Positions 1-10,862 of a stretch of DNA of 32,000 nt are shown piece after piece (position 1 is the first letter of the stretch; each line of letters begins with the position of its first letter). This stretch comes from Nostoc punctiforme PCC 73102 (GTDB lineage: Bacteria > Cyanobacteriota > Cyanobacteriia > Cyanobacteriales > Nostocaceae): assembly GCF_000020025.1 (NCBI RefSeq), contig NC_010628.1:7020001-7052000 (forward strand), read 5' to 3'. The position numbers and the translations under genes are program-made. The notes under the pieces are model-generated. The model did no database searches and was not told where the DNA came from. It saw only the letters and a list, made by a program, of their open reading frames with translations.

Positions 1-1
1 A

Positions 2-2908
2 ACAGTGATTTTGCAAAATGCCACTGAGCAAAATCTGTTTTCGGGAGATGAGTATGTAATCCAAAAACAACCTAAATCCGTACTTTGTTTACCGATCGCA
101 CGTCAGTTTAAATTACTTGGTATTTTGTATCTAGAAAACAATCTCATCCCCAGCGCTTTTACACAGGAAAAACTTTCCGTACTAGATATTTTAACAGTTC
201 AAATAGCTATTTCTCTAGAAAATGCTCGTCTTTATCAAGGTTTAGAGAATAGCCAAGAACAGCTTAACCTCGCTTTGAAATCTGGCAAAATTGGCGTTTG
301 GAGTTGGGATATTGCCAATAATCTATTTGACTGGGATGAACAGGTTTACCAACTATTTGGGTTAACACCTGAAACTTTTGTTGCAACCTCTGAAACAATT
401 TTAGCCCGTCTGCATCCAGATGATAGGTCATTGCTGGCTCAATCGTTGAGCCGAACCATTAGCGAAGGCGTAGAGCATGATTTAGAATATCGAATGATTC
501 GAGATGATAGTAGTATCCGCTATCTAGCCTGCCGGGGAAAAGCCTTTTTCAACAAAGCAGGTAAAGCCACACACATGAGTGGTGTTGTGCTTGATATCAC
601 AGATCGCAAACAAGCTGAAGCCGAACGTATCCAGCTAATTCAAGAGCAAACCGCCCGACAGGAAGCAGAAGCCGATCGCCAACGAGCAGCATTTTTGGCT
701 CAAGTCAGTGCCACCCTTGCTTCTTCTCTCAATTACGAAAGCACGCTAGCAAGCGTGGCAAACTTAGTTGTGCCTTACTTCGCCGATTGGTGCAGCGTCG
801 ATCTGCTACAAGACAACCAATCAATTAATCGGGTAGCAGTTGCCCACCGAGATCCAGAGAAAGTTAAACTCGGTTGGGAACTTCATCAGCGTTATCCGAG
901 AAAGTTGGATGAACCAGTAGGTGTGCCTAAAGTACTGCGTACAGGAATTCCTGAAATGGTAACTGAAATCTCAGATGCACTCTTAGCAAAAGGCATTCCA
1001 GATGCAGAACATCTAAGGATTATACGTGAAATTGGTTTAAAGTCCTGTATGATGTTGCCCTTGATGGCACGTGAAAGAATTTTTGGTGCAATTTCCTTTT
1101 TTACTGCGGAATCAGAACGTCGTTACAGCACGGTTGATTTGTCACTAGCTGAAGATATTGCCCATCGAGCAGCGATCGCCATTGATAATGCCCGCCTTTA
1201 CCAAGAAGCGCAGCAAGCCCAAAAAACGGCAGAGATAGCCCTAGAGCGCATTGCCCGTCTCCAATCGATCACGGCTGCCCTTTCAGAATCGCTGACACCA
1301 GCCCAAGTATCTGAAGTCATTGTAGAACAGAGTATGGCTGCTTTGGGAGCCAATTCTGCCCTCGTCGCCTTACTGAATGAAAACAAGACTGAACTAGAAA
1401 TTGTGCAGACAGTTGGCTATAACCAAGATTTAGTGGACGCTTGGCGGCATTTTCCTATTGATTCACCTTCCCCTTTAGCCGAAGCTGTGCGGACTGGACA
1501 ACCTGCTTGGGCTGAATCAAGACAAAATAGAATAGCTCGTTACCCTCATCTAGCTGAAGCTTACGCCCAATATGACATTGATGCCTGGATTTCTATTCCA
1601 TTGATGGTAGAGGGTTCGGCAGTTGGAGGTATAACTTTAGGATTTGCCCAACTTCAAGAATTTAGCGAAGAAGATCGAGCGTTTATGTTGGCTGTTGCTC
1701 AACAATGCGCCCAAGCGATCGCTCGCGCCCACCTTTACGAAGCTGAACTAACGGCGCGGAATGCTGCTGAATCAGCAAACCGCATCAAAGATGAATTTTT
1801 AGCCGTGCTATCCCATGAACTGAGAACCCCGCTTAACCCGATTCTCGGTTGGACAAAGCTGATGCGGAGTCGTAAACTTGACCAAGCAACAAGCGATCGC
1901 GCCCTCGAAACCATTGAGCGCAATGCCAAATTACAAACCCAATTAATTGAAGATTTGCTTGATGTCTCCCGCATCCTTCAGGGTAAACTTAACCTCAACT
2001 TCGGCCCCATTAATTTGGTATCAGTCATTGAAGCTGCGATCGAGACAGTGCGTTTATCAGCACAGGCTAAGTCCATCGAGATTCAGACAATTTTTGAATT
2101 TGGTGTCGGCTCAGTTTTAGGTGATGCCAATCGATTGCAACAAGTCATTTGGAATATCCTTTCCAATGCCATTAAGTTTACTCCTAGTGAGGGACAGGTA
2201 AAAATTAAATTAGAGCAGGTTGGCTCACAGGTACAAATCTGCGTAACTGACACAGGTAAAGGGATTGCACCTGAGTTTTTACCTTATGTCTTTGATTATT
2301 TCCGTCAAGCAGATGGAGCCACAACCCGACAATTCGGTGGTTTAGGTTTAGGATTAGCGATCGTCCGCCATCTTGTAGAACTCCACGGGGGAACTGTGCA
2401 AGCAGAAAGCCTGGGTGAAGAACAAGGAGCAACTTTCACTGTTAGACTTCCATGTTTACAGAATGAAAGTAAAGGAATTAAAGATAAAATAAATACCTTC
2501 TCACTGCTGCCAGAACAGTCCTTACCCTTATTTGGCTTAGAGATTCTAGTAGTGGATGATGACGCAGATATGAGAGAGTTTTTGCCATTTATGCTGGAGG
2601 AGTATGGTGCATCTGTTACCGTTGTAGCCTCAGCCATTGCAGCTTTAACTGCACTGAGTCAATCCCAGCCAGATTTGATTATTAGCGATATTGGGATGCC
2701 AGAAATGGATGGTTATATGTTGATGCGACAGATTAGGAGTCTAAAACCAGAGCAAGGTGGGACAATTCCCGCGATCGCTTTAACTGCCTATGCTGGAGAG
2801 ATGGATTATCAGCAAGCGATCGCTGTCGGATTTCAACAGCATATTTCCAAACCTGTAGATCCAGAAGAATTGGTAAAGGCGATCGGATTGTTAATTAAAA
2901 GTTTGTAG
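2..2908 (+). CDS. Hybrid sensor histidine kinase, 5'-partial at the window edge (GAF end, PAS, GAF, GAF, HisKA, HATPase_c, REC)
   Basis: The 967-aa ORF stays open to the window edge. H-box 'LSHELRTPLNPILGW'. N/G boxes 'NAIKFTP', 'DTGKGI', 'GGLGLGLAIV'. C-terminal receiver with 'VVDDD', 'IISDIGMPEMDG' and 'ISKP'. GAF-like blocks end in 'AIAIDNARLY' and 'IAISLENARLY'. Confidence 0.9.
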   Translation, partial: TVILQNATEQNLFSGDEYVIQKQPKSVLCLPIARQFKLLGILYLENNLIPSAFTQEKLSVLDILTVQIAISLENARLYQGLENSQEQLNLALKSGKIGVWSWDIANNLFDWDEQVYQLFGLTPETFVATSETILARLHPDDRSLLAQSLSRTISEGVEHDLEYRMIRDDSSIRYLACRGKAFFNKAGKATHMSGVVLDITDRKQAEAERIQLIQEQTARQEAEADRQRAAFLAQVSATLASSLNYESTLASVANLVVPYFADWCSVDLLQDNQSINRVAVAHRDPEKVKLGWELHQRYPRKLDEPVGVPKVLRTGIPEMVTEISDALLAKGIPDAEHLRIIREIGLKSCMMLPLMARERIFGAISFFTAESERRYSTVDLSLAEDIAHRAAIAIDNARLYQEAQQAQKTAEIALERIARLQSITAALSESLTPAQVSEVIVEQSMAALGANSALVALLNENKTELEIVQTVGYNQDLVDAWRHFPIDSPSPLAEAVRTGQPAWAESRQNRIARYPHLAEAYAQYDIDAWISIPLMVEGSAVGGITLGFAQLQEFSEEDRAFMLAVAQQCAQAIARAHLYEAELTARNAAESANRIKDEFLAVLSHELRTPLNPILGWTKLMRSRKLDQATSDRALETIERNAKLQTQLIEDLLDVSRILQGKLNLNFGPINLVSVIEAAIETVRLSAQAKSIEIQTIFEFGVGSVLGDANRLQQVIWNILSNAIKFTPSEGQVKIKLEQVGSQVQICVTDTGKGIAPEFLPYVFDYFRQADGATTRQFGGLGLGLAIVRHLVELHGGTVQAESLGEEQGATFTVRLPCLQNESKGIKDKINTFSLLPEQSLPLFGLEILVVDDDADMREFLPFMLEEYGASVTVVASAIAALTALSQSQPDLIISDIGMPEMDGYMLMRQIRSLKPEQGGTIPAIALTAYAGEMDYQQAIAVGFQQHISKPVDPEELVKAIGLLIKSL

Positions 2909-3328
2909 TCCGCGGCTCTAGTACAGTACGGCGTAAATAAACCACCTATTCTAAATCAATGAAACTCTTACGCTGTATTCATTTTGACTTTTGACTTCCG
3001 CCTTGCGGTACTAGCCCAACTTTGTTTGCATAGCATCTCGGAGAGAGGTCTGGATCTGCTCACTAAAAGATACGGATAGCATTGTTTTATCGGTTAAATC
3101 AGAGGGGTCTGACCCTCTATTTATCATCTGTATCCGTCAGTGGGAAAGGGTTTTGGTCAAATATGGCTGTTAGTAATCAATTTCCGCCCTTATTCACAGG
3201 ATGACGCTAGCTAAACAAGCGATTAAACTATGGATAATATCAAGGCATTGTTGTTTTTAGCACAACTTACATAAATTTCATCTCATTCTTAAATCTAAAA
3301 TCTCATCCTGCTATATAAAATACCAGTT

Positions 3329-5914
3329 ATGTCAGTGTATCAAGGAAGTTATGGGGAAACCACCGATTTGATTATTGGTGTTCACAACCAAGAAAACCTC
3401 GAATTACAAACAAATTCTGCTCCTGTAGGCGCTCTTGCCACAAGGAAAGGAAATTTTTCTACGTTTCTTGCTCCCCTGACTCAAGATACTTTTAAGCAAG
3501 TCGTTCAGGATGTCGAGCAAAAATTACAGATTGTTCATCAAACCCTATCAATGCTGGATTCTCAGGGGTTTGAAACTCTTTTGCAAGAAATGTTGCATTC
3601 GATTACCTTAAAAACCGGGGAATTACTGGGGGCAGACCGGACAACAATATTTTTATTGGATGAAGAAAAACAAGAACTCTGGTCGATTTTAGCTGAGGGG
3701 GAAGGCGATCGCTCTTTAGAAATTCGTATCCCCGCCGATAAAGGGATTGCTGGTGAAGTCGCTACTTTCAAGCAAGTTATCAATATTCCTTTTGATTTTT
3801 ATAACGATCCCCGATCGCATTTTGCCCAAGAACAAGAAAAAAGAACTGGCTACCGCACCTACACCATGCTGGCTTTGCCACTGTTAAACGAACATGGACA
3901 GTTAGTTGCGGTAGTACAATTACTGAATAAATTAAAATCTGGCAATAATCACGCCGCTCCCCTTGCAGAGCGCGTTGATACCAAAGGTTTTCTCTCTTGT
4001 GACGAACAATTATTTCAAGAATTTGCCCCTTCAATTCGCCTAATTTTAGAGTCGTCGCGCTCTTTTTATGTCGCCACCCAAAAACAAAGAGCAGTGGCGG
4101 CGCTAATGAAGGCCATCAAGTCCCTCTCTCAAAGCAGCCTCGACTTAGAAGACACCCTAAAGCGGGTGATGGATGAAGCCAAGGAACTGATGAATGCCGA
4201 TCGCAGTACACTATGGTTAATAGACCACGATCGCCATGAATTGTGGACGAAAATCACTCAAGATGATGGTTCAACTAAAGAGTTGCGAGTCCCCGTAGGC
4301 AAAGGCTTTGCTGGTATAGTAGCGGCTTCTGGCAAGAAACTGAATATTGCCTTTGATTTGTACTACGATCCTGATTCTGATACAGCCAAACAACTCGATC
4401 AGCAAAATGGCTATCGCACTTGTAGCTTACTTTGTATGCCAGTATTTAACGCCGATCAACAACTGATTGGCGTTACCCAACTCGTAAATAAAAAGAAAAC
4501 TGGTGATTTTCCCGCTTATAATCCAGCTGATTGGCCCAAAGCTCCCGACTGCTTCCAAGCTAGCTTTGACCGCAACGATGAAGAATTCATGGAAGCTTTT
4601 AATATTCAAGCCGGAGTTGCGCTGCAAAATGCCCAGTTGTTTGCCACAGTTAAGCAACAAGAACAAATGCAACGGGATATTCTGCGTAGTCTTTCCAATG
4701 GAGTGGTTTCCACTGATAAAACTGGCTTAATTATCGCCGCTAATGAAAGCGCCCAACGTTTGCTAGGACTGGGAATAGATGACCGTTTAGAAGGTAAATT
4801 AGTTACTGATGCGATCGGCATCAAAGAAGGCGATTTTAGCAAGTGGTATCAAGATGCTTTACATGCAGTTGACTTAAAAGGCCGCCAGCAATATTACCCC
4901 GATCGCACACTTGTAACTACTGGTACAGAAAGTCACAGTATTAATTTATCCATTAACACAATTGCCGATGCTAGTGACCACGAGCAAGTCCGTGGGGCGC
5001 TAGTGGTGATGGAAGACATCAGTGATGAAAAGCGGCTCAAGAGTACAATGTACCGTTACATGACCCAGGAATTAGCCGAAGAACTGCTGAAATTAGATGA
5101 TGCTAAACTAGGAGGCGATCGCAAAGAAGTTTCGATTTTATTTTCTGATATTCGCGGCTACACCACTTTGACAGAAAACTTGGAAGCAGAAGAAGTGGTA
5201 AGTATGCTCAATGAATATTTTGAATCAATGGTGGAGGCAGTCTTTAAACATAAAGGCACGCTTGACAAATACATCGGCGATGCGATTATGGCTGTGTTTG
5301 GTTCTCCTCTTGCATTAGAAGAACACGCTTGGATGGCAGTGCAAACATCCTTAGAAATGCGCGTTCGCCTGCACGAATTTAATCAACGCCGCTATGTAGA
5401 TGATAAGCCCAGAATTAAAATCGGCATTGGCATCAACTCAGATACTGTGATTAGTGGGAATATTGGCTCTAGTAAACGGATGGAATTTACCGCCATTGGT
5501 GATGGTGTTAATCTTGGCTCTCGATTAGAAAGCGTCAGCAAACAATATGGTTGCGACATTATTATTAGCCATAACACTTTTAAACCCTGCCAAGATAATA
5601 TTTGGGCAAGGGAACTAGATTACATTCGTGTCAAAGGCAGAAATGAGCCAGTAGCCATCTATGAATTACTCGGTTTGCGTTCCAACCCAATTGAAAGCGA
5701 AAAATTGCAAGTCATTGAGCATTATCACAAAGGACGCGAGTATTATCTCAAACGTGATTTTAACCGTGCTAGGGCTGAATTTGCCCTAGTTTTAGCAGCA
5801 GACAACCAAGATAAAGCTGCTATGTTGCATCTTTTACGTTGTCAGCATTGGTTACAATCACCTCCAACAGAGTCAGATTGGGATGAAGGTGTCTGGACAT
5901 TTCAAGAGAAATAA
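3329..5914 (+). CDS. cyaB: CyaB-type adenylate cyclase (tandem GAF, PAS, class III cyclase catalytic domain, TPR-like tail)
   Basis: 861 aa. Two GAF domains, including 'LVNKKKTG...FDRNDEEF' (NKFDE-like cAMP-GAF signature). PAS segment 'LRSLSNGVVSTDKTGLIIAANESAQRLLG'. Cyclase motifs 'VSILFSDIRGYTTLTE', 'KYIGDAIMAVFG' and 'GDGVNLGSRLES'. Length and layout match Anabaena CyaB1/CyaB2, but which paralogue it is cannot be decided here. Confidence 0.9.
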   Translation: MSVYQGSYGETTDLIIGVHNQENLELQTNSAPVGALATRKGNFSTFLAPLTQDTFKQVVQDVEQKLQIVHQTLSMLDSQGFETLLQEMLHSITLKTGELLGADRTTIFLLDEEKQELWSILAEGEGDRSLEIRIPADKGIAGEVATFKQVINIPFDFYNDPRSHFAQEQEKRTGYRTYTMLALPLLNEHGQLVAVVQLLNKLKSGNNHAAPLAERVDTKGFLSCDEQLFQEFAPSIRLILESSRSFYVATQKQRAVAALMKAIKSLSQSSLDLEDTLKRVMDEAKELMNADRSTLWLIDHDRHELWTKITQDDGSTKELRVPVGKGFAGIVAASGKKLNIAFDLYYDPDSDTAKQLDQQNGYRTCSLLCMPVFNADQQLIGVTQLVNKKKTGDFPAYNPADWPKAPDCFQASFDRNDEEFMEAFNIQAGVALQNAQLFATVKQQEQMQRDILRSLSNGVVSTDKTGLIIAANESAQRLLGLGIDDRLEGKLVTDAIGIKEGDFSKWYQDALHAVDLKGRQQYYPDRTLVTTGTESHSINLSINTIADASDHEQVRGALVVMEDISDEKRLKSTMYRYMTQELAEELLKLDDAKLGGDRKEVSILFSDIRGYTTLTENLEAEEVVSMLNEYFESMVEAVFKHKGTLDKYIGDAIMAVFGSPLALEEHAWMAVQTSLEMRVRLHEFNQRRYVDDKPRIKIGIGINSDTVISGNIGSSKRMEFTAIGDGVNLGSRLESVSKQYGCDIIISHNTFKPCQDNIWARELDYIRVKGRNEPVAIYELLGLRSNPIESEKLQVIEHYHKGREYYLKRDFNRARAEFALVLAADNQDKAAMLHLLRCQHWLQSPPTESDWDEGVWTFQEK

Positions 5915-6186
5915 GTGACTTTGCTAAATCGAAGCAGTAATTATCATCTTTCTTGAGTTTCCAGTCTCTGGCTGAAAACTCAAGAAAAATTGAGTATTTA
6001 TTAAAAAGCAAAATCTATTTAAATTATTTTTTAAAATATCTTAATATTTCTCAATTAAGTTTAAAAAATCTTGGGGTTGGATTAAGAATCAATTAAGATA
6101 AGTCGCTTTGTAAAGGTTAGTTGATATTCCTTGTCAAACTGCTGGTGAAGTTAGAAACTAAGAAATACAACACACGCAATTATTTT

Positions 6187-6678
6187 ATGACTGCTATTTC
6201 TAGCCTTGAATTCAAACGACCAATTTGGCAAACCACTATTATATTGACTTTGGGCTTTTGGCTCAGTGCTAGTTTAGTTTTAGACTGGGTAATTATGCCT
6301 AGCCTTTATCTTTCTGGCATGATGAGCCAAGCTGGTTTTACAACAGCAGGCTATACGATTTTTTGGAACTTCAATCGGATGGAATTATTGTCTGCTGCTG
6401 TAGTACTGACAGGGGCATTAGCTTTGGGTAAAACCCAATATCACTGGCGTATTGGCAGTATTATTTTATCTGGACTGCTGCTAACTATAGCTGTGCTTGA
6501 CACTTATTTCTTAACTCCGCAAATGTGCGCCGTAGGAGTTCAGCTAAACCTATTTGAAGCAGCTGCTGCTATTCCATCGACAATGAATTTACTACACGGT
6601 AGTTATTGGGTACTGGAAGTAGTTAAGTTGGTGGCTGGTGGCACACTTTTAAGCTGGTGCTGGCGGGAGCAAGTTTAA
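6187..6678 (+). CDS. Hypothetical integral membrane protein (about 4 TM helices)
   Basis: The ORF track opens at a TTG at 6121. The ATG at 6187 ('MTAISSLEF') is the more plausible start. There are several long hydrophobic segments, and a strong terminator follows the stop. Confidence 0.6.
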   Translation: MTAISSLEFKRPIWQTTIILTLGFWLSASLVLDWVIMPSLYLSGMMSQAGFTTAGYTIFWNFNRMELLSAAVVLTGALALGKTQYHWRIGSIILSGLLLTIAVLDTYFLTPQMCAVGVQLNLFEAAAAIPSTMNLLHGSYWVLEVVKLVAGGTLLSWCWREQV

Positions 6679-6728
6679 GTAGATGGAGAATTATAACGGT
6701 GAGAATATCTACTTATAAATCTCACACC

Positions 6729-6759
6729 AAAGACGCAAAGAAATTCTTTGCGTCTTTTT
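6729..6759 (+). terminator. Rho-independent terminator downstream of the membrane protein gene
   Basis: Perfect 12-bp stem: aaagacgcaaag (6729-6740) pairs with ctttgcgtcttt (6746-6757) across a 5-nt loop, and the stem runs into a T tract. Confidence 0.7.
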
Positions 6760-8069
6760 GCTACATATACTTTATGGGTTAATGAATGCAATATTTACGA
6801 CGAGCTACGCCTACGCAGGCAATTTTGTATTTATATTTGTGACTTTTAAAGCTTGAGATTCTTCGGTTAAATTGCTATTATAAAATGATTCAGTTATCTA
6901 TTAAGTGTAATTAAATAAGCAGGCAAAATTATCTTTTACTGTACATTTTTACCCTTCCCGGATATTAGAGCAAAAAAATACTGAAAGATAATATTAATTA
7001 GTTTTCATGGTTACTTTACTGATTTATCATGAAGTTTAGATATTTCTTCTAACTTTTTTTGAAAATTATAGTAATCTAAATTTTAGTGAGTACATTACTT
7101 CTTATCTACCATCTAGCTGAACATAGCTATTTTGCAGGTATGTACTACCAATCAAGAATTTCGTTGTAAGTTCTTGAATTTGTCACTTCAAATTGTGCCA
7201 GGTGAATATTTCGCCCCAAACAACATTAGAACCCATTTCCAGTACTTATGAAGAGATTCCCTTCTGCTGGTTTGGTCGCCTGTGCATCTCACCACACACC
7301 ATTATGGCGGCAATTGTCAGCTAACTCATCCTTGGTCGGAGGTTTCCCATTCTTGTTGTGCAATTGATAGTTTTGCCCAATCCCAACACTAAGAGTTGCT
7401 CTACAAGCTCAAGACCTAAGTAAGAAATTGGGTTTTTTGAATGCTTAGTTTCCAATAGTACTCTTTCTCTTTATGAAGTTTCCCTCAAGAATAGACTTCT
7501 AGCAAAAGTACCCGACAACTTTAGTCATGGTGACAAAACATTGCTCTCCAGTGCTAAATTAATCCATAAAAGCCTTGATAAAGGAGCTTTTTCGTTTACA
7601 GCACTGGAGATTTTGATTGCCTCAGACTTAAGTATGATGGGCAAAAAAAACTTTTCTAAGAGAACTAAAGTATCTGCAATTTTAGGCTACTAGATACGGA
7701 GAATAATGATACTTTTGTGACTGATGGGCGAGAGCCAATAGTCTATTTGTTGCACTTGAGTTACTGTTAGATTGGCTAGATTAGCAAAAGATACAGAAAA
7801 CCAATCTAGTTTTTGAAATACTATATCCTGGCAACCAGTCGGGCCATTTTGCTATTGGGCAATAATATGGATTGGTTTAGTTGTAATTCGTGCTTTCTAG
7901 CTTAACAGAGATTGGTTAATTAAGAGTTGGGGGGTGTGGAATCTCTGTACTAACTCAAATGTGACCGCTATATTTATCTGATTGTGCTTCCAACAAAGTC
8001 GCAGTGAATTCCGAAAAGGTAATTCACTAATTTCGCCTGCAATGTTAATTTTATTCCAGAGCTATCCCA

Positions 8070-9173
8070 ATGATGACACTTCCGATTAATAGATACAGAT
8101 TTTTTCAAAAGCTCCAGCCTTTATCTTTGTTGAAAAAAATCACTGGTAAGTCTGTTACTGGTTGTTTACAGGTGTTTAGCAGATCGGGCTCTTGGTCAAT
8201 ATATGTAGATGAGGGTAAACTAATTTATGCCTGCTACTCAGAGAAAATGTTTGAGCCACTTTACAGAAATTTGCAACGCTTGAGTCAGCAAATTTCTACT
8301 CTCCCCCGTGAAATTCACGAACAGTTACGGGCGATATTTGAAACTGGGATTGAAAATCAGGCAATACCGAACCCAGATTATTTGGCTATTTGCTGGTTAG
8401 TTAATCAGAAATATATCAGTCCCTTTCAAGCGGCGATGCTGATAGAGCAGTTGGCGCTAGAAGTTCTGGAGTCATTTCTGAACTTAGAAGAGGGGAGTTA
8501 TGAATTTATTCCTGAAAGCTTTCTAGATGACATGCCAAAGTTTTGTCATCTGAATCTCCGCTTACTGGTTGAACGATGTCAAACGCCCCAAAACGTTGGC
8601 GTAGCATCTCGTAGAGAAGCAGCCGATCGTCAGACTTCACCGACTTCTCAATCACAACGTTCAGAATTGTTCAAAATCAATGAGCTAAAATCTAAGAGCA
8701 AAAGTACACCAAACTCTTTTAGAACGAACGGCTATAGACCACCAATCTACTCTCTTAATAGTAGTGAACATAGGGGTCAGCGAATTACCGAACCTCCTGT
8801 TGACAAAAAAATTTACACAATCTTTTGTATTGATGATAGTCCTACGGTATTGAATACTATTCAAAGTTATTTAGATGAGCAAACATTTTGTGTTGTGGGA
8901 GTCACCGATTCTTTAAAAGCTTTAATGCAGATTGTTCGCACAAAACCCGACATCATTTTGTTGGATATTTCGATGCCAAATTTAGATGGATATGAACTCT
9001 GCTCTTTGCTGCGTAAACATTCACATTTTAAAAATACACCTGTAATTATCGTGTCAGAAAAAGTAGGATTTATAGATAGAGCCAAAGCTAAGATGGTCAA
9101 AGCATCAGGCTATTTAACTAAGCCTTTTACACAAGGAGATTTACTAAAAGTAATCTTTAAACATATTATTTAA
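8070..9173 (+). CDS. patA: PatA-type response regulator (N-terminal PATAN domain plus C-terminal CheY-like receiver); possible patA orthologue
   Basis: 367 aa. The N-terminus 'LPINRYRFFQKLQPLSLLKKITGK..GCLQVFS..WSIYVDEGKLIYAC' is PATAN-like. The receiver has 'CIDDSP', 'IILLDISMPNLDGYELC' and 'YLTKPF'. The gene is monocistronic with a very long ORF-free upstream region, as reported for patA. The orthologue assignment is from memory and is not verified. Confidence 0.6.
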   Translation: MMTLPINRYRFFQKLQPLSLLKKITGKSVTGCLQVFSRSGSWSIYVDEGKLIYACYSEKMFEPLYRNLQRLSQQISTLPREIHEQLRAIFETGIENQAIPNPDYLAICWLVNQKYISPFQAAMLIEQLALEVLESFLNLEEGSYEFIPESFLDDMPKFCHLNLRLLVERCQTPQNVGVASRREAADRQTSPTSQSQRSELFKINELKSKSKSTPNSFRTNGYRPPIYSLNSSEHRGQRITEPPVDKKIYTIFCIDDSPTVLNTIQSYLDEQTFCVVGVTDSLKALMQIVRTKPDIILLDISMPNLDGYELCSLLRKHSHFKNTPVIIVSEKVGFIDRAKAKMVKASGYLTKPFTQGDLLKVIFKHII

Positions 9174-9490
9174 TTTTCTCATATAATAAATAACTGCACT
9201 TAATCAATTTTTTTAGATTCAAGGTTAAGTATTATTTGGATGGCTAGTGTTCAAGTTGTAAAAGATTGTCTGATTTAATTGAAATTAATAATCATTTCAA
9301 CTATAAAAATTACCATTCTATTAAGATAATGAGTACTAAACAAGCTATATAAATTAATTTTCATGAGTGGGAAATCACTCAATACGAATATTTTCTGTTA
9401 GAGTTGACGATTTTAGTAAGTCTGAGTAATTAGTATAGAACTCATATTTAATTTTTGAAAAAACTCCGTACAACTCAAAAAGCCTTCTTT

Positions 9491-9525
9491 CCTATTGCCT
9501 ATTGCCTCTTGCCTCTTGCCTTCCC
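9491..9525. repeat. Heptanucleotide tandem repeat (cctattg/cctcttg, about 5 units)
   Basis: Read directly: cctattg cctattg cctcttg cctcttg ccttccc. A near-identical array with a similar 5' flank ('gtacaact...') occurs at 18514-18552. Confidence 0.85.
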
Positions 9526-9551
9526 ACGCAGTAAGTTAAAAATCAAAGCTC

Positions 9552-10505
9552 CTATATCTCCCTCAGTATTTCTAAAAGCGATCGCTCCAAAACTTCGCTG
9601 ATAACTTTATTACCTTGCAAATTGAGGTGAATGTGATCGTGATACAAACCTTGCGGGTTGTTCGTTGAATTGAATATCGGTAAAAAGTCTACATAGTTAA
9701 TTTGCTGGGCTTTAGTAAAATCGCTCAAACGTTGCCGGGCTTTAATTTCGTAATCACGGGGGCCTGGTTCGGCAATTTCTCGCAGTAAGGGAGTCATAAC
9801 TAGTAAAAATTGGCTGTTGCTTTGGCAAGTCAAGGCTTGTATTTTGCCGATCGCTTCCAAGTTAATCCCCACGCGATCGCCTGCTTCATTTTGCACCGCT
9901 TTCATTTCAGGAATTGGCTTCTGCTTAACGATATAACGTTGCCACACTTCCGCTAACGCTAGGGGAGGTTTACTATCAGGATAGTTGCGATCGCGTCCTA
10001 CCGGTAAAGAAGTGGGAGGAGTAGCAAACAAATCATCGGTATTAATTAATAACACTACTGCTTGCGCGTTGAAATTGCTAAACTTCTCTAAATAGGCTAA
10101 CTCGTTCCTTGGCCCCCAAGAGTTAGCTGAAGCATTCAGTACTTCTACTTCCTGATAATTACGATGAGTGGATGATGCTAAAGAACGCATCATGATCGCC
10201 GATATTGTATTAGTCTGATCTGTCCACCAGCCACCATTAGCAATAGAATCCCCTAACAGTAAAACTCGCAGCGTAGAAGGTGCAGGTGTTTTATTTATCG
10301 CACTACCTCGCATAGAATACTCATTAATTTCAATGCGATTACCAAAACGACGGGTACGCTGGTTAGGAGCCAATAAATAGCCAATCTGCTCATCACCAAT
10401 GTAAATTAGCGGATTACCAAAGCCAAAGAGCGATCGCAGTCCGATCTCGACTATCATAAATAATCCCAGAACTACCGCCAAAATTACGATCAGCGCCACT
10501 TTCAC
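9552..10505 (-). CDS. Membrane-anchored SGNH/GDSL-family hydrolase
   Basis: 317 aa with an N-terminal TM helix 'VALIVILAVVLGLFMIVEIGL'. Block I 'LLLGDSIANGG', block III-like 'LINTDD', block V 'DHIHLN' (DxxH). Confidence 0.8.
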   Translation of the reverse strand: MKVALIVILAVVLGLFMIVEIGLRSLFGFGNPLIYIGDEQIGYLLAPNQRTRRFGNRIEINEYSMRGSAINKTPAPSTLRVLLLGDSIANGGWWTDQTNTISAIMMRSLASSTHRNYQEVEVLNASANSWGPRNELAYLEKFSNFNAQAVVLLINTDDLFATPPTSLPVGRDRNYPDSKPPLALAEVWQRYIVKQKPIPEMKAVQNEAGDRVGINLEAIGKIQALTCQSNSQFLLVMTPLLREIAEPGPRDYEIKARQRLSDFTKAQQINYVDFLPIFNSTNNPQGLYHDHIHLNLQGNKVISEVLERSLLEILREI

Positions 10506-10862
10506 CTACCCACACCCTTTAATACCGTGTTGCTTCTCAACGATACTAACTGACACATTCGGCATTGGAAAGAGGTACAGGGGCAAGGTGTAGAAGGAAA
10601 AACTTTCTTTGTTCCCCTGATTTCATCCACTCTTCTAGCACCTGAATTAAGGTGATTAATATGTATTGGAATCTATTTCTAAGCTTTAAAAACAGCAATT
10701 ACATGGCTATTAACTGTTTACCTAATATGTCTACTTTTGTGTAAGAGTATAGCAGTGTTTTCTAGTGATATAATTTTATATTACCAGTATTACTATGACT
10801 ACAATTTTTATCATTTTATCAATTAATTAATTTCGCAAATTTTTTTTCGGGGGTAAGGTAGG

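Noticed and set aside
1198-5577. Antisense and out-of-frame ORFs inside the kinase and cyclase genes (1198-1386, 1735-1974, 2205-2637, 3562-4034, 4427-4842, 5392-5577)
   Set aside because: They are fully embedded in long ORFs with strong domain evidence, and none has a recognisable motif.
5951-5984. 10-bp inverted repeat (tcttgagttt / aaactcaaga) after cyaB, as a possible terminator
   Set aside because: A-rich sequence follows it on the plus strand rather than a U tract, so it is not called as a terminator.
6121-6186. N-terminal extensions of track ORFs (6121, 12358, 14009, 21418, 22496, 23893, 24721, 25055)
   Set aside because: The extensions start at non-ATG codons or run through repeats or AT-rich spacer. 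Internal ATGs give sensible signal peptides, SD spacing or family-typical N-termini.
8588-8625. Possible dispersed-repeat insertion in the PatA-type ORF ('gttggcgtagcatctcgtagagaag', compare 'gcatagcatctcggagagagg' at 3029-3049)
   Set aside because: The similarity is short and falls in the naturally variable linker between the PATAN and REC domains. The evidence is not strong enough to claim an insertion.
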